DNA of 64,000 nucleotides from Antedon mediterranea (Eukaryota > Animalia > Echinodermata), in the NCBI RefSeq assembly GCF_964355755.1, contig NC_092674.1:29202001-29266000 (forward strand), given 5' to 3'. This document shows positions 24,004 to 36,100 of this stretch, in pieces. The stretch's first letter is position 1; each line of letters starts with the position of its first letter. Made by a program: the position numbers and the translations under genes. The notes below the pieces were generated by a model. That model was not told the origin of the DNA. It saw only the letters and a list, made by a program, of their open reading frames with translations, and did not search any database.

Positions 24004-24814
24004 ACAATGGACACATTCAATTATGCAGTATCTTGCTACACATGGTGGGTTTTCCCATACACACGTACAGTAAATTAAATCGGCATACGACAATCTACCT
24101 TATAATTTAATCAGCATTACACAGTTCAGCAAAACTATTATTTCAGGATAAAATATTTATTTGTGTGTAGCGTATTTTTTATTGCAAATTTATTACAAAA
24201 ATGACAATGCTGTGGTTGGTGCCAGTGGCTGGATCTCAATGGAGGATTAGGAGATACAACTAAAACGGATAGAAAGAAGCATCAAGCCTTTGGAAAACAC
24301 TCCTCTTGAGTCCTGGTACTGGTTCAAATAACCGTCTCATAGAGACATCTGGTAGCCATTGACTTAAAGTTGGCATTTGCATGTGTTACTTTTAAATGTA
24401 CAGTATGAGAGTGACTACTACCAAATTACACAGTTACAAAACAACTTGGAGAAATAAGAAATATAGAATTTGTTATACATAGGGAGGGATTTAGAAATGT
24501 TGGCAACTACCATACAAGTATTAGTAACAATATATATTTATATAACCATGGTATTTTTATATTCAGAAATAAATTTTTCTTAAGAGTTTTTGTTTGTATT
24601 ATATTGCCTACAGGTTTTTTTAAATTACTAATTTCGATTTAACAAAAACAAATACAATTGTTCTATTTCAGGTAGAACACTTTAATTCCAACATAAATGT
24701 ACATTTTAATGCAGAAAAGTTAATACAGAATTCCTTATTGAAATTGAAGCGTGTATTGTCACATGTTATTGGTGGCGTTTTTATTTGATGCCTCCTTTAG
24801 CGACCTTTTATTTT

Positions 24815-25072
24815 AACTTGAAAAAACAGGGGACACCTTTGGGCTGTAATACATAAAGTCTAACCAGAAAACAGGGACACCTTTGGGCTGTAATACATAC
24901 AGTCTAACTTAAAAAACAGAGACACTTTTGGGCTGTAATATATCAAGTATAACCTGAAAAACAAGGACACCTTTGGGCTGTAATACATACAGTCTAACCT
25001 GAAAAACAGGGGACACCTTTGGGCTGTAATACATATAGTCTAACTGTAACCTAACCTTTGGACTGAAATAAT
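24815..25072. repeat. Minisatellite, ~45-bp unit, about 5.5 copies
   Basis: AAAACAGGGGACACCTTTGGGCTGTAATACATACAGTCTAACC(T)G repeated. Confidence 0.9.
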
Positions 25073-26379
25073 GTATACAAAAGCAACGAATAATATAACA
25101 CAAAGCTAATTACTTCTTACTGTATGTGGAGACACGGAAATGAAAAACAATTAATACATTCATTATTTCATTTCTTTTTAGAAAATTTAAGAAATTCTTA
25201 AATTCCTATTCTGAAAAAAAAAAGAAGAGGAACATTGCTAAGAAATGCATATATGCTGTAATCTTAAAACTATGGAATGTATCGTTTAACAAACACTTTA
25301 CAGTCTAGTCAACAATGTAAATTCTAATATTTCTAACACTGCATAACCACCCACCGTTCAAAATCAACATTTCTAAAGATATACACACAATATGATTATT
25401 GGGTTCTAATTTCTTTTTACAGTTTTTTGTACCAAATCAGTATCAAAATTGTGAATATGTATAATATAAGATTAATTTGTGAATATGAGAATTAGTTATT
25501 AAACACATTAGCATCTTCAATAGGAATATAAAACAAACAATTGTGGATTTTTCAAACTGGTATTTGATTCTCAGTTTTCAGCTTTGTACACATGTTCAGA
25601 TAAATAAACCTTTCAGATTTTAATACTGTATCAAAAACTTTACAACCGTGAAATTATACAAAAGAAAATAGATACAGTATTCATTGAGTATGAAAAACGT
25701 TGAATGCCAATAACACAAGTAAATATAATGATTAAATAATCAGTATACACACACATGTATAGAAATATACTATAAAAGTGTAAGACTTTGAATTGTTCTA
25801 TGATGTGGCTGTAACCATTTATCATTATCATATATACACCATAAAAATACGATGTATTTAAAGATTAACTGGATGGGACGTCCCATCGAAAGTAATTGAG
25901 TTGGTTCGGTCTAGCATGTGTGATGAATGTGTTATTGTTTGTGTTTTGTAAAATCTGGAATAAATTAAATTGACTTTACAGCTAATCACAAGAAAATCAG
26001 CAACAGTGAAAAAGCTTTGTTTCACAACAAAATCCACAAAAGCAGAATAACTAATTCTATATTTTCATTCAAGGTATTTATAAGTTGAATAGCGGAACAT
26101 TTACACATTAAATTCAATCTACAACATAGCAAATTATACAAATTACTTTGAATTTTGGCCCTTATAACAAGAAAACACTAGTGTATTATATATGCTACGA
26201 TTATACAGTCAAATTGCATTTGATAGATTATTCTATAAAAATGATCAATATTTTTGGTAAGAATCAATTCATAAATCATGGACGAATAACAACAGCTTTC
26301 ATGGAATGTTCTACAAAACATTTACATATATAGATTTATATTTACATTTGTAAGGCACAAATCACTGTACGTGTTAGTA

Positions 26380-26968
26380 CAATGACTGCTAGTGATGGGA
26401 TTTCTCCAAATAACTGTACAATCAAAGTACTGCCAGATGGAATTTTCCCAAATAACTACAATACAAGTACTGCCAGATGGAATTTTCCCAATCATTGTAT
26501 AATGCTAATGCAATGACTGCTAGTGATGGGATTTTCCCAAATAACTGTACAATACAAGTACTGCCAGATGGAATTTTCGCAATGATTGCTAGTGATGGGA
26601 TTTTCCCAAATAACTGTACAATCAAAGTACTGCCAGATGGAATTTTCCCAATCATTGTATAATGCTAATGCAATGACTGCTAGTGATGGGATTTTCCCAA
26701 ATAACCGTACAATACAAGTACTGCCAGATGGAATTTTCCCAATCATTGTATAATACAAGTGCAATGACTGCTAGTGATGGGATTTTCCCAAATAACTGTA
26801 CAATACAAGTACTGCCAGATGGAATTTCCCCAATCATTGTATAATGCAAGTGCAATGACTGCTAGTGATGGGATTTCCCCAAATAAATGTACAATACAAG
26901 TACTGTCAGATGGAATTTACCCAATCATTGTATAATGCAAGTGCAATGACTGCTAGTGACAGGATTTA
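26380..26968. repeat. Minisatellite, ~90-bp unit with two internal subrepeats, about 6.5 copies
   Basis: AATGACTGCTAGTGATGGGATTTTCCCAAATAACTGTACAATACAAGTACTGCCAGATGGAATTTTCCCAATCATTGTATAATGC repeated. Confidence 0.92.
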
Positions 26969-27120
26969 CTTTACTATAAAATTCCTGGCTATATCTGTGT
27001 ATGCATAATTTAAATAAATTAAAGAATACCTTATTTATTTGAATAAAATAAAAGTTTTCTACTCAAACAAATGTAAGACAATGTACCCTTAATATTTCAA
27101 CACTACTCTATAATGATCCT

Positions 27121-30100
27121 TTATTCGGATTTGATGTCACCTCCGGCATGAACCATTCCATTAGGAATGGGAGCTGATGCTGGCTCCGGTATGGCGTCTG
27201 CATCCCCCACAAGTTCAGTGGTCATTCCTACCATATTCTGTAAGATAGCCTGACTGGAATTGTTGTTTGTCTGTTCTTTTGACATCTTTGTCTCTAGTTC
27301 ATCCTGTTAAGAATTGTAATAATGTTGAATCAATTAAAAATCAACTTATAAAGCTCTGTCTACACTATCAAACTTGATGTGACAAAACAAAAAAATGTGA
27401 TGTGCCCATATATGGGCATGATGATGTCATACCACTACCATGTTTGGGCACATCACTACCATATTTGGGCACATCAAATTTTTTTGTCAATCTAGTTTGA
27501 TAATGCAGAGAAATCTTTAAAGTATGTGAGAAAGACAATCTAGAATGTGGTCAAAGAACATTCCACTGAAATGAAAAATGTTATAGGTAGAGAAAAGGTA
27601 ATGCACAGGAATCTGCTGAAAGGATGCAAATAAGGAAAGGTGTTGTCTAGCTCACCTGTGAAAGACTCGTCAGTTTAGGAGGCAAGTCTTCAATGCCAAT
27701 TTCCTGATTGATGTCTCCATTGGGCAGACTAGATTCAGTAGCTGTGTCTTGACCAGTCTCTTTTGGTTGTTCTTCAGCCTCTTCCTCTGATGGAGGTTCC
27801 TTAACGTCTGATAGAGGTTCCTTAACGTTTGTCGGCAGTTCTTTAATTTCTGATGATGGTTCCTTAACCTCTGATGGCAGTTCCTTAACATCAATGACAT
27901 TAGCTTCTGCAACAGCCTCATTTCCAGTCTGCAAGAGTTGGAAAAAACTTTACATAAATGATCAGGTCAGCAGTAGTGATTATTACATTGTCTGACGATT
28001 CTATTTAAATTTGAAATGTTTAAAATGAAAACCAATAATCAATAATCAATAAATTATTCAATATAATTGATACCTGTTGCTGTTCATCCTCAGTGTCATG
28101 GTATGTGCCGATACTTGTTATCGTTTCTTCAGCCTTCAAACTCACAGAGTCAACATCATTATCATCCTCTTCTCCACTACCAAAGCTGAAAAACCATTAA
28201 AATAAAAAATGTTAAATTTAAATTAAAAATAACATCATTGACTTTAAAATGTGCTCACAACAGAGTATCACCTTGAATTTAACAGTCACCGGAAGACTAC
28301 TGAATGATTAAAATATATATAAATATAACACAAAGCATAATTTGGTTGGCATTCAATGCATTTTTGGCAATATTGTTATGGATTTCCCAATTGATAAATA
28401 AAATCAAATAAAATAAACTTACTATGCAACCGCTTTGCTTTCACTCATCGACAACTCTATCTTTACTCTCTCTTTAAGGTATGGCTCCTCACTGTCCCTG
28501 AAAATAAAGCTGAATTATTTAACAACACTAGCATAGAGCAGAATCACAAGATACCTTATTTTGGAAATGTTATAGATAACTATTATAAAAAGCAAAAGAA
28601 ACTCACTCATCTTTATCACTGATGCCGAGGTCAGCAGCCATTGCATCGTCTCTTGCCTAAAATAAAAAGCAAAGCAAGTTTGTTATAAAGGCTATATTCA
28701 AGAGCTTTCAAAACCTTTAAAGCTCTGTCTACACTATCAAACTTTGTGACAAAATATTGTGATGTGCCCATATATGGACATGGTGATGTCATATCACTAC
28801 CATATTTGGCCACATAAAGTTTGATTCTGTAGACAGAGCTTTAGAAACACCTCCACGAAAGACGATCTAATACTACCTTTCCAAGTTCTTCCTCTTCTAT
28901 CTTCGAAGCTGATGCCATTGCAGTCTCCAATGCTTCCTTTGTGATACCACCTCCCACATCTTCTTCTTCCCCTGCTTCTGTGTCTTCTTCATCAGAGGAC
29001 TCCTCAGAGGAGCTGTCACCTTCCTCATCCACTCCTGTGTCAGTTCCTGTTTCGCTTACTTCATCAGCTACGCTCACTTCCTCAGCCTCACTTGCTTCTT
29101 CAACTCCGCTAACTTCCTCGGCACCACTCACCTCTTCTGCGCCACTTACTTCTACAGCGTTCATGCGAAGGTTACTGCCGCTTGTGTCCAAGTCTTGCAT
29201 AAGACGGAAGAAGGCTAATTCATTGAATAGTATTTCTGATATATCCACAAGAAGGTCTTCGCCGCATTCTCTCATTCTTAAGAAAAAAAGAAAATATTAA
29301 GCATTATCTTTCATTAAATGAATCAACAGAGCTTCATTCCATGACAAGATCAGATACTGCGAGATCTTATCGGTAGAGAGTGCCACATAAATATTCTCAA
29401 AATACGTTCTCTTTATTTGGAATTAAGGCCAATTTACACAGACGAGCGGCAACGGTAATAAAAAAATAGAATCTATTTTATTCGTTATGACCGTATACAC
29501 ACAACACAGAATAGACGGGCGGTTTTCACTCAGGATAGATACAGAATTTTGTGGGACAAGCTACACGGTTTTCCGCTAACCGCTCATCTGTGTAAATTGG
29601 TCTTTACACTTTTTCATCTGCAATTATTCATAGTGAATCTTTTGGTAGTACTTACTTTCTTCCAGCAAACTTAGACAGCGAATCCTGGAGAATGGAGCCA
29701 AGTTGCTTGTTAAAGAAGCGAACGAACTCTTGACTGTCATCACGCTGCCGGGTTAGTGTCAATACAAGACGTCGCAGATACGCCAGTAACTCAGAAGAAC
29801 ACACCTCATCAATGTGCTCCTTCAGGCATGGGATGACCTCTTGCATAATACTCTTGATCTGGTGATCCAGTTGTCTTGTGTCAATTCTTGGGTACTGGAA
29901 AAAAAAATATATTAAGAATCTTAAAATACAATTGGTAATTCATAGTGGAGCTGAAGTTTGGTGGTTAACATGCTTGCTTTCCAATCCCAAGGCCCGGAGT
30001 TCAATCCTGACTTAGTGCCAGGGTTGTAACTCACGACTGTTTCAACTCAACTTTATAAGCCTCAAATGAGACTTTAAAGCACGATAAATAATATTTTATC

Positions 30101-33100
30101 TAGGAATTGGAGAGTTTGTGCTCGCTGTTGCGTATGAAATTTACATTTTAACATCTTTCAAACAAAATTAGACAGTACAACTTATATTCTAAACTATAAT
30201 TTCTTGATGTAATACATACCGGAAGGCTACAAAAGGAGCTTTCGCTGCCAACATCCTGGGCAGAGCTGTTACTTGTCACATCTGTGCTGGTTTGTGGTTG
30301 ATCATTCTTTGTCAGGTCAGAGGTCATATTGCTGCTTGCAGCAGATGCTGCCTCCTGTTCAGCCTTTATTCGTTCATATTCACGCATTCTCTGAATAGAA
30401 TTAAAACAGAAAAGTAAAAAATGCTTCTTTTCTTCATTATTATTATATAGTAGTTAAAAAAAGCCAAAAATATGTTTGTCATTTATTTATTGTATTATTT
30501 CTTTTCCCAACCAACAGTGAATAACTCAAGGTTCACCACTTACAGGTGGGAACACAGACAAACATCATGCAATGATAAAACACATAAACAATTCACTACA
30601 GTAAGCTACTTATAATATTACATTATATATAAAAATTACTCCGGATTTCTTAAAGCAAAAAAAAAAAGAAAAATAAACCGTTTTTTTTACTACATCAGCT
30701 CTGCTAAAAGAAATAGGGAATGTAGGGTTTCTTCTAAGACGACAAAACATGATTACTTATAACAGAAACTGAAATAGGCAATGTACATACACGCAAAGCT
30801 TTATCCAAGTGAATGACAGTATCGCCAAGATCATCATTAGCAAATCCAAAATCATGTGTTGAATTAGGAGTAGACATAGTGCTGGCAGAGTCTACGTGTT
30901 CCATGTAATCATACTCTTTAGATTTGATTGAACTGCCGTCTTTTCTTGAAGGACGTTCTGAATAAATTCTTGCCTGAAAATAGTAATGAGGTTAGAAGTC
31001 AAAATTTGGTAAAATTACTCTCAAACAAAGGCCTAAGCAAAATGACTTATTGATCCAAATTTTAAAGAAATAAATCAAAATTGATAACATTGATTTACAA
31101 TTAAATACAATAAATCATAGGACCTTCTAAAACTCTTTCTTTACTATCAAAAATTTGACCAAAAAAAGGTGTGATTTGCTCAAATATGGTAGTGATATGT
31201 CATCGTGTCCGTAATTTTTTTTTTTACATTTTTTGTCACGTAAAGACAAAGTTTAACAGAAAAACATGTTAATTTCTTCAATTTCTACTCAAAATAATAC
31301 AAATTGACATGTCTTCTATACATATTAAACCAAGCTTCAGAAAATAATTTTCCCAAATCATTCAGTTGCTCCTAATGTTTTAAACCAGTACCGTACCTTC
31401 ATTTCATCATCTTCAGATGTCAAGAGACTTTCACTTGGGGTGTGCTCAGAAGCTGTTGGAACTTGCCACGGAGGAACACCACGACTCATTGCGGCGGTGG
31501 CAGCATTCATAGAAGGAGCACCAATGGCTTCATCAGTAAGGTACTTTGACACCAAGTCTTGCAAAGCATACAATGACCTCTGTCGTAGGTAATCGCTATT
31601 TAGCATCTGCAGCTCACGGAAGAGTTCGATGAGGTAATGTGGACGAGATTCGTTTTGAGAGATCAAAGTAGCAACTTCAGAGTATATGGTCTCTCGAAGT
31701 GCTTCAAACAATGAGAACTCACTGCCAGCTTCTGATTCTCTGAAGATCATTAAAAAAAATGTATTCACATTTAGTGAATCAAATGGCAGAGCGGTTAAGG
31801 CAGGGGCACCGTACGTACCTAAAGAGTCAACAATATTGGCATGGGTTCGAGACCGACTCGCTCCTAGTTCTAGTGGTTGAACAAGCATTCTCGTATAAGG
31901 ACTATAAACCGTAGGTCCAGTGTACACAGTTATAACCTGTGTACACAGTTATAACCCGTGTGAACTTTAAAGATCCCGGTTTACAAAATAGCCCCTGTAT
32001 AAGGGGGATTACCACCTATCTTATATGACAGTGATTAATTTACTATTGGTAATCCTTGGCCACATGTACCTAAAGACATAAAATAACAATTTTAAAATAA
32101 AATAATACTGAACATTTGTCTCAATTTCAACTTACAGTTCACTCTGTGTTTTAACCTCTCTTCTACGTCTCTCAGCAGGCATAAAGAACTCTCCATTCAC
32201 AAGTTCACCAGGCATGCTAGAAGCAGACACAGTGCTGGCGACGCTAGCTGCATCAAAGAATGCGGTGCCGCTTAGTGAGCTACTTAGTCCAGGCCTAGGT
32301 CCTGTTGAACGTTTCCTTGATTGATCTTTATTGGCCATCTCACGAGCCTTTGCCATTATCCCCCCACTGGTTTGCTTTGATGCACCTACGATAACATGGA
32401 AATACATTTATAATCAAGACAAGTGTTAAGTATACTAATGTTATCCTCATTCATAAATCTTTATCTTTCTTAAGCTGTTTAAACTATCAAGCAAGCGTGA
32501 CAAAAAAGTGTGATGTGCCCAAATATGGTAGTGATATTCCCAAATATGGTAGTAATATTACGTCATCATGTCCATATTAGGCACATCACATTTTTTTGCC
32601 ACATGAAAGTTTAGACAGAGCTTTAGAGCTGAAAAAATTAAACAACAAACCTTTACTTGAAGTGCTGGTCATAGTATCAGACGCTGGTTTCCGTTGCCTA
32701 TCCCTATAATAACAATTGTCAAAAATTCAAAACAATGGCCAATTATATCTTATATTATGGGTCACATAAAAATTGACGTCACAATTTATTTATTCAACTT
32801 TGTTTTACAATGTTAGCACTAACAATACAGAACTATACAAATGACATAAAGATAGAAGAGGATTCATAAAAGTTAAAATTCTCAAACAGATTAAAAAAAG
32901 TTAAAATTCATACATGTACAATAAATTAGAAAAATGTTTTCATAAAAAAAAAGTATTTTATAGTATAGTACAATATTTTTAAATAACTTACATTTTTCTT
33001 AACAGGCTATCAATGTTAAGAGGAGGAACCTCCGTAGACACTGGTCTTTTGTTAGACGTTGCAAGTGGTGTTGCCATCAGATCATCGTTGTCTGTGAATA

Positions 33101-36100
33101 GCATATTCCTTTTAGGCTTTGTAGATGGCTGGATGTTCAAATTAAAGCTAGGCCCTCGATTACTGATGCTCGGGCCAAGTAGTTCATCTTCTAGTTCAGA
33201 GTTAGGGGGAACCTCGTCGTGCTCTTGGGGGTTGAGTACAGGGTGAAATCGTGGTCTAGTTTCATGTGCTTGTTGACTTGCAGTGCTGCTCATTGGTTCG
33301 TATCTCGCGTTTCTTTCGTATGGGTTGAATGCAATATTTTCATATGGTGGTGCAATGGGGTATGTTGTATTCAAACCATATCCTGTTTTACAAAATAAGT
33401 GAAAAATGTATATTCAGGAATTGATTGTTTTAAATTCAGCTATTAGGTAAAAAACATTATTTATGTTTGCCTCTACTGCCAGGCATAAATGAGTACCTGG
33501 TAGGGTCAAACACAATTGCGCCAATTACTAGCTGCATCATTATGCGAATTGTTTGATTCAATGACTGGGGTAATATAGTCATGCGCTTACAAGCCCTGAG
33601 CATTAAGTGCTAGGTTAAGATTTATTATTACTATACCTGGTGGGTAGCTGTTTAAACCATAAGGTGGATACGACATGCCTTGATATGGAGGCTGCATATA
33701 ATGTGATTGCATAGATCCTAGGCTACCAAACAATGGACCTTGAGCCCCATATGGGTAGTTACCACTACCAGGGTAAGTTCCCTCTGCAATGCTTTCATTA
33801 TCTTGCTGTTGCTGGGCTAGGTCCTCAAAGGTACGGATATCCTGCTGCAGGTTGTACAGCTGACTGTACGTCTGATTTAAGTTCAGCATCAGCTGCTGAT
33901 GTTGTAAGCGCAGGTTGTAATTAGACCGCATATCATTCATTGGGTTCGATGGCGAGTTCATGTATGGGTTTCTTTGCATCGGACTTTGCGACGGATATGT
34001 CCAGTTTCCTGAATACGTAAAATGAAATGGAAAATTCATAACAAAGAACATATGCCATGTACTTCCAACTAATTGCAATACACTCCCCAAAAGCCTCATA
34101 ATGTACATAATCTGTATCTAATTATTTTTATTTGATTTCAATACAGAGGGTAACCATTACAGCTGGACAAATTAATGCCAGTTGATATTTATTGGACAAT
34201 TGACAGCATAAAAACAAAAACATTAATATGTGAAAAATAATATTTACCTGACATTGATGTTTGTAACAGGTTACTCATGTTGTGCTGATCTCGTATCAAG
34301 TCTTGGCACATGTTCACACTTGAAGACAGCTGTCGTTCCAGGTTTTGCGCCTTCCAGCTCAAATACTCTAGATCCTCTGCGGCACTGGCTCTTTCGTCCG
34401 TCATAAGATCTTCAGCAGAGCGTATGTTCTAATTGCAACAGATACAATGTTAATGTTGTTGAATTTGTACATCACTTTTAAGAATCAGCAGATCATCCCA
34501 AAGTGCATAAGCTCTGTCTACACTATCATATTTGGGCACATCACTACCATATTTGGGCGCGTCACACTTTTTTTTGTCAAACTAATTTGATAGTGTAGAC
34601 AGAGCTTTAGAAATTGAAAAAGATTAAAAAGATTGGATTACAAAGAACTAAAAAATGAAATCACTAAAACGTAGCCAGAGCATGGGTTTTCAACAAAATA
34701 GGTAAAAAAATAATATAATATTTTTTATATTCTATACTACCTCTTGTCTTTTGCGTGCACTCTGTGTAAGCCCTCGGTAATTTGGTCTTCTGTTACCATG
34801 GTAGGCTGGACTTTGAGGGTAGCGGATGCCGTGGCGAGCTGCCTCAGAATCACCTGGAAACATAATATAAATTTATATTTATAAGAAAAAGTATATAAGA
34901 GTATATAACATTGGCTGCTTTTTATTTCATTAATCAAAAAATGATGAATCTCCTCGATAAAACTCTGACTACACTTTATGTGAAAACAAAAATGTGATGT
35001 GCCTATATATGGACACTATATCATACCACTACCATGGGCAGGTCACAATTTGTTTGTCAAACTAGTTTGTTAGTGTAGACAGAGCTTTAGACTTCACATT
35101 TAAAGAGTAGACACTACCTGTTATGATCAAATAAAATACAATGTTATGAATTACTTACTATCACGTGGAAAGGCCCATCGTGGTTGTTGAAACGCTTCTT
35201 CATATCCAGGTAGGTGTCTTTGTCTGTGACGATACTGCGCCTCTACCGTGTATGTGTCTGAAGACCTCGCTTCACTCTTGACCTAAATACAAAGGAAAAA
35301 TGACCAATTAAAACATAGCATGTTTAAATTTTACTACTGTAGCTTGACTTAAGCTCCGTCTACACTATTAAACTCATGTGACAACAAAATGTGATGTGCC
35401 CATATATAGACATGATGATGTCATATCACTACCATATTTGAGCATATCACTACCATATTTGAGCATATCACTACTATATTTCAGCATATCATACTTGTTT
35501 TGGTCAAATTAGTTTGATAGTGTGGACAGAGCTTTAGGTTCAGCAATATGTACAAATGACTGTATTCATCAATCATATTTATAGTGAGTTATTGCTTTTA
35601 AACACTAAGTATTTTACTTAAGTTATTAGTTATTCACTTAGATTTTAAAATTTTAAGAATTTCCCTAACACTAATAGTGAATACTGCAAAAGAATTTTTT
35701 TAATACAAAATTATTCTATTATTATAATTCTATGAATGAAGAATGTTTAAATGAAAATGATATGCTTGCAATTTATCCCAATCAAATAAATGACTATTTC
35801 TACAAGAAAATAATTAAGATAATGTTGCCAACCAACCTCCTCCTCCTCTTCTTCCACTTGAACGATTCCATCACTTGGATAGTCCTCATCTTCTGCATTG
35901 CCATCCTGTAGAGAACTGTCTTGAGTAGAGCTGCCCCAAGTAGCAGCAGCTGTAATATCTGCACTACGCATGCTCACTCTACTAAGATCAACCAAAGAGA
36001 AAATGAGTTTAAAAAGTGTCCCAGCAAGAATATGATCACAATGATCGTATGGTTGTCACTTGGCCTGATATGTCCATTTGTCATATACAATTAATACTCT

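Noticed and set aside
26422-26855. Repetitive ORFs on both strands, one LRR-like (VLPDGIF)
   Set aside because: By-products of the 90-bp minisatellite; indels between units shift frames and there is no splice context.
24815-26968. Possible CRISPR arrays
   Set aside because: Units are contiguous tandem repeats without unique spacers, there are no cas genes, and the DNA is eukaryotic.
28941-29300. Antisense ORFs over PCM1, CNBD and other exons (also 33013-33246, 9035-9376, 23210-23530)
   Set aside because: Shadow frames of real exons with no independent gene signals.
29944-30020. tRNA gene candidates (also near 31790, 36400, 38840, 61500)
   Set aside because: A and B boxes are present but no full cloverleaf, and each is followed by a shared SINE body.
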